The notes beneath the pieces were generated by a model. It was not told the DNA's origin. It searched no databases and was given only the letters and a program-made list of their open reading frames with translations. Both the position numbers and the translations under genes were made by a program. Positions 11,046 through 23,972 of a stretch of 28,222 nt of DNA are shown in pieces. The stretch comes from Trichinella spiralis. Lineage: Eukaryota. The stretch covers positions 4,541,293 to 4,569,514 of the forward strand of contig NW_003526944.1 in NCBI RefSeq assembly GCF_000181795.1. The letters are read 5' to 3'. The first letter of the stretch is position 1; every line of letters begins with the position of its first letter.

Positions 11046-13590
11046 GCCTTGTTGGTTGATAAAAGAAAATTTTATGCGATTGAATCTTTTGGTTGTATGG
11101 AAAACATTCAATAAAATGTATTGTTATAATTTTTGAATGGTAAATTTATTTGTCAATTTCAGTTCAGCTTTTCATTGTTCATTGTTCCACTGAATGAATA
11201 GATTGAGGGTTTTTTTCTCTTTTCAAAAAATCACTCAATATATATTATGCATACTTGAACGTTGCATGCGGATTTGGCATCGTTGGATCAAAAGTGAACG
11301 TTGATTTATTGCTACTAATAAGTAATTGGCCGTTTGCCATGGCCGTGGAAAAATTATTTGAGGTGAAATTTCAAATCACTCTATTTAATGCACTGGTGGT
11401 GGTGATGCAGTTGCAATGACAAGCGAGTGAAGTTTTTCATGGTGATTTTAAATTTTCAAAAAACAAATGACGATGATGACTTGGTTGAGTTGTATTTGAA
11501 GAATTTTTACTTTTCATTTTTTAAATGGATGCTTTTATCCTCAAGATTGAGATACTTTATTTGTATGAGCAACTTGAAGTTTGCTTTTTCACATATACAT
11601 ATATGGATATGTATGTTGGTTTTAAAATTAGCAGTAGTTTTTTGTTTCAATTTCACTCCAAACGAATGAAAGATAAAAGAATGGAAATGTGTGTATGCAA
11701 GTGATATCGAATGACCAGTCATATGTCTGTAGAAGAACAATAAATTTTGACAAGCGTTGGCTCTAATTTGACATATTGCCATTGGCATTTGGAGCTGAAT
11801 TTCAATCTTAATCGCAATTTCAATGCAGTTTTGAACGGTTCTTATTTTTTATTTTATTTTGATTTTTGAATGCGAACGATTCAAATCACAACACTGCTGC
11901 AGTTGTAATAATTTTGTGTTATCTAAAAAATGAAAACCCATTTGGCGGGAAAAAGAGAATTTTTCAAATTTCCTTTATTCCAAGCTGAACTCAATTTCTT
12001 CTATATTTTTTCTGTTTGTATTTTTCTGCGAGGGTTCTTAACCTTTTTCTCTTCTTCTTCTTCTTTTTCATGCAGAGGATTAATTTTTAAACAGTTGTTG
12101 AGACTGAGAAGTGAAATTTTCTTCTTTTTTTTTTCTTCTGTTTCAAATTGACAAAAAGCCGGAAATGCTTGCAAGTGGAGGAGGTGTTAATGATTTTCTA
12201 CTCTGGGCAACAATTACTTTGGCAGCTAAACTTTGAGCATTTCGAAATCCGATTCAGCTGATGAATGATGCACAACAACTTGGTTCGATGCCGACGGCGG
12301 CAAAAGGTTATCAAGCTAAAGCAGGCTGCCAACAAGCTGCTAAAATGGCATAGGTGTGTGCGTATACGTATGCATTGGATCGATTTTGGACTAGCAATAT
12401 TAGTAGTAGTTTTGCATAAACGAACCCGAATTTTTCTTCTTCTTCATATGGATTTTCATTTTTAAAAGATCAAGAATAAAAGAAAAGGATCGATTGGATC
12501 AACAACCAACGATCAACTGAAAATGCTCTACCTGACTGAATAGCAGCTGCTCTAATGTGAATTTTGCTCAGTTGCTGTCATCATTTATCAAAATACTGTT
12601 TTTCAAGGAAACAACGTTCGATTTAGGTTTTTCGTGTCCTCCATTATAAAATTCATCAATGTATTTTGTACAGAATAGTTGTTCAGTGATTAGGTGGATG
12701 TAGGAATAGATTTGAAGGAATTGTATTTTTGCTTCAAAAATAGCATGAAATTAAGTAGATTTTCAAACGGATGACTTATTCTTTCGTTTCTTTTTTTCAA
12801 AACAAAAGAAAATGCATTCAAAGAATTAATTGGCCAGTATGCTTTTATCATATTAATGTGTTCACGCGATTGCGAAACAATCAATTGCGCTAAATGTTTG
12901 AAACAATTGAGTTGAGGACATTTATTCGACTGTTGACCGGTGTTAGAACCTTTCAAGTGTACACTAATTAGCTGTTTCGATGATGATCATGTATTTTTTT
13001 TCTTTATTACTTATCAAGTATTATTTCAATAATTTGTAACATTGTTAACCTTTACAATTGTTGTTAATCAGAATATTTTGTGTTGTGAAAAATAGAATAT
13101 TGAAATGGAAAAATCAGACGCGTGTTGCACCACTGATTTGATTAACATATCATTTCAAGGGTTACATTTTTCAATTATTCTTTTAATTTGAAAGCTGTTC
13201 AACTTTTCTAGATTTCTTAATCCATTCTTCAGACTGTGATTTAACTTTTTAATGCAATTAAGTAAATTGAAAAGCACTTTTTCTTTTCGAGCTTTATCGG
13301 CGAATTTTGAAAAATATGAAAATGCAAACACTTAAAATTATTACTACATACGTACATACATATATTTTTTTAATTATTCCATTTTAAATAATTTGATGAA
13401 TTAGTTATCTTAATGATATGTGAAAAGTGTTTGAAAAAAGTATTTTCCATACCTTCAATGTTGAATATTCCCATTTTGGCAAGAGTTTGGAATAAGCAGA
13501 AGACTATATAGGTGAAAGGGAAAAGAAATCAGTCCATGTACAACTATTTCAGGTGTACAGTTATGCATAATACTAATGTGAAATATGTTA

Positions 13591-13610
13591 ATTATTATTA
13601 TTATTATTAT
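13591..13610. repeat. (ATT)n microsatellite
   Basis: attattattattattattat read directly from the sequence. Confidence 0.8.
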
Positions 13611-16318
13611 GACGTCCAGAGGGTATGAAAGCAGGTGAGAAATACAAATATCGACGTACTTGTTTTATTTGCGTATAATGTTTGCCGGTTGTTGTTCTTC
13701 ACACTTTCAAAAACTGAGCAGTGACTATGTATCTATCTGTTAGGCCGTTCTGGTGACAACTACCTCGTTTTCTCAGCGTTGATCATTTTTGTTTGAGGGG
13801 GATTGATTGGCCAGTGCCCATTAACACCGTTGCTCGTCGAGGTGACAATCGGCCAAGCGTTCGATTCAATACGACCAACTCAGTCAGGCCAATCTTTCTA
13901 TTTTTCTGCTTGGGTCAAACCAGGCAACAAAAACGACAAAACCTCTCTTTTACGTCTTTGCTCCTCTTCCATCGTTGGTGGTTTGAAGCTTGCTTTGATG
14001 CTTATTAGCAAGCTTCTTCTTTTCATTTCTATTCCCTTTCCCGCCCTTCGTTCTCATCTTCTGAAAGTCACTGTCAATCGATGCGGGGGCGAGTTGGGGC
14101 GAGCGGCGAGATTCTTCTTATTCTTCTTATTTTCCCCCTTATTTCCCACTTGTATGCTAAATGAAGCAGTTGTTATTGTTGGTTTGGTTTGGTTTGGCTG
14201 CAAACTTGTGGGTGGAGTGACGAGATACGTAAGAAAGGGTGGGGTGGGGGGGAGGAAATAAAATTAATTATTCTTTTGTATTTTTATCATTTTCAGCATG
14301 TGTTTATTTAAGAGGAAAAAAATCAAATTATTCACCTTATTATTGAGTGTTTTGTTTAAAGCAAAATTTGAACAAGTAAGGGAGGGAAAGTTGGTTCTGT
14401 AGAGGTTGTGTTATTTTTATTGCATTTCAAGAATCAAACTTGTGTTTTATTTATTTTAACAAATTTTTGTTCTTTTATTTGGTGCTGCTTGATTCAATTC
14501 TCACAACACTGATAATTTAATGAACAAGTAGCTCTGAATCGTGCGAAACAGACTGGGCAAAGGAAGTGAGTTGATCCACAACTCCATATTCTCAGTGGCA
14601 TTAATTTTTGTCCCATTGTCAATTATCGTTGCTTTGCCTGATCTATTGTTGCTTTTTTTACTTTCTAATTTTGTATTGCAGTCATTTTTCTAGGATCAAA
14701 AAATTATAGTTAACTAGTTGATGATGGTTGTGAGCTTGTATATTTGATGATTTCATTTTTTTTAAATCTATCATTTATCATTTTCTTTTTGTGTATAATG
14801 TGCGAGTTTTTGAAAATTGTTCAACTTGTGTAAAGCATGAATGTAAGGTTTGAATTTGGTCCCATTGATGACTGTAATAAATTGGCAGAATATTTGAGAA
14901 ACTAATGGTGGTAGAATAATTCAGTGAATGTCATGGAAACTGCAGGAAAAGATGACGTCGGACATGATTTGAAACTACCTTTGCTTGCTTGTCTTCTAAA
15001 TCAGCTTGTAAAAGTGGAACTTCAAGCCATGGTTGATAAAGTTATTTTATTTAATGCGCATGTTCATCATGCCATGCATAAGATAATTTCTACTACGGTC
15101 TTCTTATTGTTGTCAAAATTGACAATTTGACACATTTGACTAAATGATGTTCAGAAGTTGGTTGTATGCGATCTCGCATGACAACTTTTGTTCTCAGCAA
15201 GCAAAGCGAAACTTGAATCTCTTCACGATCAAAAGTGGAAACGTTTGCTGATCACATTTCGACCGGAACAAATTGGAAATTCACTTGTCGATCTTTGAAG
15301 AGCGTTTATTATTATTATTTTTTGCTTTAACAAAAGGGGATTGAGTGGATTTGCAACGCTTTAATTGTATTATAATTTGTCAGAGTACACGGTTTAATGG
15401 GCAACAATAATTCAGAATCCTGAGCTGAACTCTTTCTCACACACATAATAATTAGGTCGTCGTCGGTGATTTGGAATTTTTATTCAGATAATAATTTCCA
15501 AATGATGCAATTGTATTGAGAAAATTACTTTTGAAGTTGTTCTATTTGCATAAATTATTATAATTTTCTTTTTCGTAGAGAACAATTATTTATAGAACAT
15601 TTTTTAATCAGTTCTGTTTTTCAAAATGATGGACATTATTTAATTGGTGTAAAACAAAATTCATTAAGTCATCGCTAAATTATTACAACAGCAAATTTTA
15701 GCATATCAGTTCTGTGTTTACTTTGTATTGGACTAATTTTTGTTTTGGTTACCAATAACACAATTTTCAATCCATCGGATAGCATTGCTTGGTTGTTCAA
15801 TTGTGATCGATTTTGACATTTGTTAATTTCATTTGCACCAAATCAAAATTTCATCGTCTCCAGTGAACGACGCGATTACGGTCAAAAGTTACGATTTCAC
15901 AGATTTATTTCATTGCAAAACAGAAAATTGTCATTCAAATTTGGGCAGAAGCGAATGCATAATAATGTTGCAGAATATCTCTCGGTCGACAGAAAAGCGG
16001 CAAATATTAGCATGCAGTGTGCTTGTCAGCATCTCGATGTCGAGCTAGTAGCAGCAAGTCAATTTGTGTGAACATTGGCGAAGTTGTAGAGATTTTTTTC
16101 CACTTTGTGCAAATTTCCCTCTTTTGCTTTTTATTCTACTATTTTGCTTTCTTCTTACCCTTCTTGAAAAAAGCGTTCAATTTGTTTCTTCGTTTTAAAT
16201 CATCCAAATTGCAGGCAGCTGTCAGGAAATTAGCTTCAACTATTGCATTTCAACTGATAATAAGAAAGATAATTTGAATTTGTCGAACAAGCAACAACAA
16301 GAGACAATGGAAATGGGC

Positions 16319-16336
16319 TAGTTAGTTAGTTAGTTA
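16319..16336. repeat. (TAGT)n microsatellite in the presumed 3' UTR of the HMIT-like gene
   Basis: tagttagttagttagtta read directly from the sequence. Confidence 0.75.
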
Positions 16337-16369
16337 TACAATGGGATGATTTCTTTGCGTAGGCATTTT

Positions 16370-19300
16370 TCATTCAGATGATTCTTCATCTTCATTGTAA
16401 AATTGTCGATTGTGTGCTCGTATTTTCATGTAGCGGAAGTTGCTGTTTGAGCCGTGCGAAGATGAGTTGAATGGTTTCTGTTGGAAACTGTACAGACGCC
16501 ACTGTATCTCTTCGGGACTGAGCAGATGTCTGCCGCTGGTTTCAGGCAGGAATAAAAAGAATGTCACCAGTGCACACAAGGTGAAAAATGTGAATAAATA
16601 AAATGTTCCTTCACGAAACATGCAAATTATTATTATTTCATGGAAACAATTTCATTTTTTCCACATAAACTTACCGGACTTTCCGAGAAGGTCGACTGTG
16701 CTCAAGAATGGCAATGTGACGATTAGATTGAAGAAGAAATTCGCCGTCGTGGCCAATGAGACGCCAATGGAACGTAACCATCGTGGATACAGTTCAGCAT
16801 TCACTACCCACGGCATCATACCCAGACCTGTGAAATGAATGAAATATTTTTCTCTCCAACTGACAATTTCATTATTACCTGGGGCGAAAGAGATCAAATA
16901 GGCGAGCAAGCCAACAATCGGTATCCACGCATATTCGGACGGGCACCATTCCGGCGCCCAGATTGCCGGCCCGAAGGCGTTGTCCTCTTGGCTGCATTTT
17001 CCCACGGCTGAGTATTGGAATGTATCGTCTGTTGTTGGTAAACAGGATCCATTTTTGTCGACTCTATTTTCGTAGCAGAAACCACAACGTTGTGAGTTGA
17101 CACAACTTTCACAAGTCAGGAACCCACCGCAAACAGTCGACTGGGTCGTTTCATCGTGAATGGTAATTTCAGGCGATGAGTTTGCGATCAAATGGAATCC
17201 CGACGCAATGATAATCAAACTGATGAATACCACTGAAATTTTAGCATTTGATTTTTTTTCTCAACATCCAGCAATCAGATTTGTTTCAATACTTAGCAAA
17301 CTGCCCAACATGAGCAGGCGACGTCGGAAACGTTCGACCAACAGCAGCGACACAATTGTACATATGAAATAAAGTCCACTGGAAGCGGCCGCTAGCCATA
17401 AACTTATGCCAACCGTTTCCACACCGGCCATTTGGATGATTGTTCCACTGTAGTAGCTGGAATGTTGGGAATAATGGTGTTTAAATTTCATTTTTTACGA
17501 ATATAACACTTTCACTTACAGTACAGCGTTGATACCACAAATTTGTTGAAACATGAACATGCTCATGCCTAGCATGAATATTCCAATGTAATGAAGCGAT
17601 TTCAGCATTGTCCAGATGCTAGGTCTTCCTGAAAATTAAAAATGGCAATTACAATAGCTGAATGTTATTTTTGTACAAGGAGGTGATAGAGTAGTATTAT
17701 AAGGAGTGAGTATAGGTACCTTTTTCCAAAAACATTTGCTCATCTCGGTCATTTCTGGCTTTGATCAGTTCGTATTCTTTGTTGGCATCCAACAGATTAG
17801 GTCGCAGTCGTTTCAAAGCGTCTCTAGCGTCCAACACTCTTCCATGATCCAAATACCACAGTGGTGATTCGGGAAGAAAATGAAAAAATATCACTTGCAA
17901 CAAAGCTGGCACACAGGCGAATGCGAAAGCATATCTATAATTTCAGTCGGTAAAAATGAAACTTTTTTTAACCGATTAATGAATAATGTTCAATAATTTA
18001 TCTGTTCAGACTGACTGGTCAATCAGACGTGAAATTATTTATTTAAATAATGTTGTGCTCATTTATTTATTCTGTTTTACTCCTTTCAATACAAAAAATA
18101 CAGTTCTGTTGCTATAGAGGTGACTTAATAATAACTTTAATGAATATTCTTTTTCTACGGTATTTTGTTTGACAGGGTATGTGTATTTTGCAATGATCTG
18201 GGCATTTACGTTGATTAAAAAATATCAACAGTTATTTTTAATTTCGAAAATTTCAAAAATTATATATATATATAATTAAATTGATTCATGCAGTACTTTT
18301 TAAATAAATAACTTACCGCCATCCGTTTCCAGAATAAGAACCGAATGCCGCGCATAGGAAGTTGCTAATAAAATTACCGCCCGTAATAAACACACTGTTC
18401 ATGGAGACCAAAAATCCACGCGAATGGGCGGGGCTGCATTCGGCAATGTACAAAGGAACCGATGAACATGTCAAACCTGAATTTTTAATAAAGTTCTATT
18501 TTTTCTCATAGTATTTTATTAAATATAACAACAGCCTGAATTATATTGTTTCAATAATTTTATACAACAAATTTCTATTATCTGAACAGTTTGTTTGTAA
18601 TGCGTTGTATGTAATATTGTTCTGTAGCTTCGGTTGATTTTGATAACAGCAAATGTAACAAATTGAAAAAAATATAAGAAAAATTGTTCACCTGTGGCAA
18701 GGCCGATAATAATTCTGGATATTAATAATGATGTTTTGTCGGTTGCTCCAATGAATAGGATGCTTCCTAGCAGGAAGATGAAACCTGCGCATCGGATGAC
18801 AAATTTTCGTCCAAAACAGTCTGCCAAAGCACCGCCAACGAGGGACGACAACGCGGCAACTCCAACAGTTATTGATACTAAGAGTTCCTAAAATAATTTT
18901 TGCATTTCAAACATGAAACAATGCATGTGGAAAAATTTAAAGAAACAGTATGATTTGCTATTATTATCAAACTTATTTACTTTTGATTTTTTTCAAAAGT
19001 GGAAAAAATCAATTGACATGCATCAGCAATGAGCTGAATGACTAATAATTGCAACCTTTGAGCTATTATTACATAGCTTTTTGTTTGGACAGGTAGTCGA
19101 ATGTGTATTATTGTCGAAAATTTACTATTGTCATTAGAATTGTTACATTGGGAGAGTTTCTTAAAAATTGATTTGCATTTCCAAGTTTTGAATATTTTTT
19201 GTTAAGAGGACGTTGTTAGGGGCAGGGAGAGAAAAAGGTTTTCTCTTTTCATTCTTTTTAACAATTTCGAATTCCATGAATTTGAAATGATTTGAAAATT

Positions 19301-20407
19301 TAAACAAAGAAAATTCATGAATACAGACTTTGATTTGGGGATTTTCTTAAGGTTTTATTTAAATAATTCTGAGCAATGTGCAAAAAAGAAATTCAATCGA
19401 TTGCTGCAAGGATCCACTTTTCCAAGATTACAAGAAATAAGCGGTTTTCAGAGGACTTTTTGTTTTCACTCTCTTCCACTGTGTTGGCATGGCTAGGAAA
19501 TTTTACGGGTTGAATGCATTGATTGGGTTTGCATCATTTTGAGGTGAAGGAATTTGAAAAACTGCTGCAAATTTAGTAAATGAATGTTAGGCGCTTACTG
19601 CAAGCGTATCATCCAAAATTGTTGATGTGCTGCTCACTTTTGCTGCGATTGATTGATAATTTCTAATCTTGTCCCAGTCTCTCCCCTGCCCACTCTTAAT
19701 TTACTGATAGTTATTTCATACGTGTGTTCATTTTTCAATTATTACAAAATTATTTATTTACTTTGCTTTGTTATGGAAATTTGAAGCAAAAATTTATTGT
19801 AATTTATTCAAAAATGAAATATGTGAAATTGTAAATTAAGTGAAAATGTCCGTTTCAACAATTATTATTATTACTCTTATTCTTTATTTTATGGATTGAC
19901 GATAAAATCGTAAAAACCCTATTTAGACATTCGTAGGAAGTGTTGTTCTTTGAAACATTTCAAGTTGATTAATGTTGACACCACTGTTGATGTATATAAA
20001 AGTAGAGGAAAAGTTATTTATTTATGATTTATTAATCTGTTGAGATTTTAAAAACAAGCAAAAATATTCACTCTGAACAACCCAACCGATTGTTAATTGC
20101 AATTTGAAAATTTTTTTGTCTTTTGAAATGGAGAGAATTTTTCGAGGAGGGAGAGTGTTGATTTTTTTTCATTTTTCTGAAAGGAAAATTACGAAAATGC
20201 TTCTTTTTCACATACTTGCCAAAAATGGTCGAGTTGAATTTTTTGCTTAATCGCAACCATGGCACTGGATATGCCTCCCGTGTGAAAGCCGAACAGCAGG
20301 CCGCCGAGTGCGGCGAACATGGTCGCCATGTGCATTGTACTGGATATTCGTCTTTTGCCCAATGGACCGTCTTCTTGGTCAGTGTCCACTTCGTCGATAA
20401 GTTGCAT
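16370..20407 (-). CDS. Myo-inositol transporter-like protein, SLC2A13/HMIT subfamily of MFS sugar porters; about 593 aa, 9 coding exons
   Basis: Exons: 20407-20216, 18887-18692, 18476-18317, 17934-17720, 17628-17520, 17456-17293, 17232-16879, 16827-16675, 16608-16370 (1782 nt, in frame). Sugar-porter motifs are present: ALGGLLFGFHTGGIS, LADCFGRK, VPLYIAECSP, GWRYAF, LPESP, FQQICGINAVLYYSGTII, PGLGMMPWVVNAELYP, FLPETSG. The large Cys-rich extracellular loop between TM9 and TM10 (CGGFLTCESCVNSQRCGFCY...GSCLP...WAPEWCPS) is characteristic of HMIT/INT inositol transporters. Confidence 0.92.
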
Positions 20408-20757
20408 CTTTTGTTTGTTTGCAAGCGGATGAATCTGCACAAAAAAAGAATATCATAGGCAAAAATGGAGTGAGAAAGCAACGTGATGCAACAAGTGATG
20501 AATTAGAAAAACATTTTTTTTCAAAAAAACAGAAAATTAATATTTTCATAAATTATATCAAGAACAAAGCAAGCTGCTGTTCGAGTCAACGGCGGGTTGT
20601 GTTGAAAAGCTGTTTGTTCCAAGTCGACCATAACTGCTAGTATATTTTTGCTTTCTGCTTGTTTTCTATCTGGCAAATATGGCAAACTGGCAGCGTAATT
20701 TTTCTTTTAATTCTCTGCATCGTCGTATTGATTCTGCTTTTACCATCAAGCAAATGG

Positions 20758-20774
20758 CACACACACACACACAC
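20758..20774. repeat. (CA)n microsatellite
   Basis: cacacacacacacacaa read directly from the sequence. Confidence 0.8.
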
Positions 20775-22440
20775 AACACTGACAGCAGTCGGTGAGAAAG
20801 CCGTTTACTTTTCCGCAATTGGATTTGAACGCAACGACAGCGTTTAAAACTATTAAATAATTTTTTGTTCAGATCTCTCCCTCTCCCACTCTCTGTGTAT
20901 GTGCTCAGATCATGATCATTTCCAATTGCATGATTAGCACTAAATTACACTGCATAAAAAATAAATTATAATGTTGAATTTTTAATACAGAAAATATGTA
21001 CCGTTCGTGTTGAATAATAATCACTCACTGGCAATTGAAGAATTCAATTAAGCTTTTCTCTCTTCTCTCTCTTACTTTGTTTTTTATGAATTTTTTTCCT
21101 ATTACAATAATCAAGATGGATCATCAATCAATCTGGTGAAGGAGAAATATACTCTTCTTTATATGTATATATCCTTATTCTTCTTCTTCTTTTTATTATT
21201 ATTGTTGTTGTGGTTGTTGATTATGGTAATATATATATATTTTTTTTTTGCACTTTCTCTATTCATCTGCAGCTGTTGTTGTTTCCCTTTCTTTGTATTA
21301 TTCTTCTCATGCAAAAAAGAAGAATGCACCTAATCAACGCATTGTGATTTTAATTACTGTGCATCTTTACGACTTTGTTCATTTATTTACGCGAGCGCGT
21401 AGTCTTCTTGCCGAAGAGGAAAAAGATGGAAATTCAAATTAAGCGTCAGGGTTTGTTCACTATGGCAGCGCGTGATTGGATCAACTGGAAATGAATGACG
21501 TGGTCTCCATTAATGGATTTTTCACAGTTGATCACAACTACTGAAGCTTTATATTACAAATGATGCTTTTCGAGACAGAAACGGCAAAGTTGCAATGTTA
21601 ATGTCGTTTTTTTCTGGCTTTTGCTTATTTATTCTGTGTGAAGAATGGATTTCATTGTGGGCTTTTTCCTTTCCGATTCAAAATTTCTTATACCGAAGTT
21701 AGCAAACTTTCCCAATTCCAACCGAATCTACATAAAAAATTATCCATTTTCTTTTTTGAAGAGTACATTTATTATTATCATCATTAGTGGAGTGGAGTGG
21801 ATTCAACAAATCGAATTTTGCCATATTTTATTACAAAAGATCCCATGTTTGTGTTGGTTTCTCTGTGTCTCTGTATGTGCGCGCGTGTGTACATTTCGTG
21901 TTAATCGATCAAAGTGGGGAGGGGGTTTTTGGAAACTAGAGATTTCACAAATGAGGTGATGTTCACTTGATGACAGTTTTTACGTTTTGCAAAATTTTTT
22001 CTTTTATTGAAATTGACATGAGCTGCCAGGAAAGCTGTTTCGAAATGGAATACAAACAGAGCATAGCAGCAGCTTTGGAAGAAAATCTGACTACATACAG
22101 CTTGAGTGGGGGGGGGGGAAGGGGGAGCAAGAACAGAGAGAGAAAAATCCACAACTGTTCAACACGTGCAGCAAATTGATCGAATATGTATAATACAGCA
22201 ATGTTTACCGACCGACAATGACTGTTGGAAATGTTGAGAATTTTATATATATATTATAGATGAATTCAAGAAAATTTTATGTTCTCTTATGTATAAGAAA
22301 GTGTAAAGTTTTACACCAGGACAGATAAATTTCAAATTTATTTGTACATTATTGAAATGAACGATCAAACAGATTTTATTCATTCAAAGGGTTTTTAAAA
22401 ATAAATTTCACACATGAGCTAAAGTTCTACATTTGCTTAC

Positions 22441-22760
22441 CTGATCTTCAACAAAAATTGTACTTTGTCACTTGTGAGAATGATACAAATGGAATAAAAT
22501 ATATGCAGGAAAAAAAAGGATTATTTTCCCAAACTCAATTCAGATATTTTAAAAATTATACAAATGTAGGATGTGCTTTACTGAAATCAAGCGGACAGTG
22601 TTCTTCGGTCGTTCGCAATAGTTCGACCAGAGTTTGAATGAATTGTTTGCGTCGGCAAAATCGATCTCAATGCGGCGGCGAAACGAGCACACACAAGCAA
22701 CAGCAGCGGCAGGCTTCTTCGGCCGGGGGACGTCATCAATTGTATAAAGTACAAAGTCTC
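22441..22760 (-). promoter_or_regulatory. Candidate non-coding first exon and promoter of the HMIT-like gene
   Basis: A perfect donor CAG|GTAAGC lies on the minus strand at 22441/22440. A strong acceptor (tttttttgtgcag) ends at 20435, 27 nt before the ATG. The spliced leader has an in-frame TGA, so the exon would be UTR. A locally GC/CpG-richer patch lies at 22590-22740. The 5' boundary is uncertain. Confidence 0.4.
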
Positions 22761-23972
22761 GGATAGATTAACGATAAGATGTTAAAGTTGGAGTTGGTTG
22801 ACTTGTCGACATTAGCGCCACCAACATTTGGTTGTTATGAGTATTTTTTTTCCTCCACTGATGATCGTTGCTCAGATCTTCTTCATTTTTATTCAATTCA
22901 CATCACAGGCCAAAAGTTGGCAATTTCAACCTCTGTTTAACGTCGTCTACAAACGACTGCTTGAACAGATAAATGAAACAGATATATTTATACAGAAAAA
23001 ATAATTGTTCTTTTTCAGTGATAAATTTATTTAAACGCTAGAAAATGCTACACTTGAACATTGTAATTAATAGGTAATTGGTGGGGGGGAGGTCATTTCT
23101 ACCAATAGAATTATTTCATTCGCATTTCAGCTTACGTCAGCATATCAATTTTGTCTGCGGTAAAATTGCACATCGCGTGTTCACAGTGCACCTGCTTAAA
23201 TCACTACTCTCGTCGTGTATATGTATGCAAATATAGAGTTTATTTATAGCACACAAAAAATAAAAGAATCTTAACGATTGATGATCATCTTGTTTATTAT
23301 AACACTACACTGGACAATATTTTTTTTATTTTCTGCTCAATGTTGTTTTGTTTAAATGGAAAACGTGAAATTGCAATTTATCCAATGTTATAAAGATTTA
23401 CTTAATGCTTAAAATGATTATTGATTTTTGAATGCAAATTTCAAATTTATCCCTTCTCATACTTTGTTAGCTGCGCATCTTGTCTCATGTGAAAATTGTG
23501 TTCACGTGATTCTGTAAATTTTTAATTAATTAATTGATTGATTATTATGTTTGATTTGTGAAATTGAAATTGGAAAAATGAACACCCACGGCTTATTGTT
23601 AAACATGAATATTTGCCTATCTGTTCGTGTAGTGCGCTGCTGGCGTTGTTATACGATTTGGCTATCAATCAATTGAGTTACAGTGATTGAGCTTTTCCTA
23701 GAAATGCAATTTCTTTTGTGATAAGTGAATTGAATTTCAACGACACTTTCGATTCACTGAATCCAATTTCTGCGCTGCTTCTTCTCGCGTTAAATTTTCT
23801 TAACATAATCTTTCTACAAAATTTAACAATTAATAAATTGTTTCAAGTAAAGTGCATGCAAATTGAACAGAATAAGAAATTTTTTTTTGCTCCTGATTCA
23901 TCATTAGAGTGGAGGAAATATATAAATATATACATATATATTTTGTTTTCTGATTTATACAAAAGTTTGCAT

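Noticed and set aside
12282..12300. tRNA T-loop/B-box-like GGTTCGATGCC
   Set aside because: No D-arm, anticodon arm or acceptor stem can be formed.
13803..14261. 152-aa ORF and other Phe/Leu/Ile-rich ORFs between 9070-16277 and 20659-22179
   Set aside because: Mostly non-ATG starts, low-complexity T-rich composition, and no motifs or consistent splice chain; expected by chance.
22020..22075. miR-22/745-like GAGCTGCC within a loose hairpin
   Set aside because: The central region is unpaired and the motif lies on the 5' arm; not a credible pre-miRNA.
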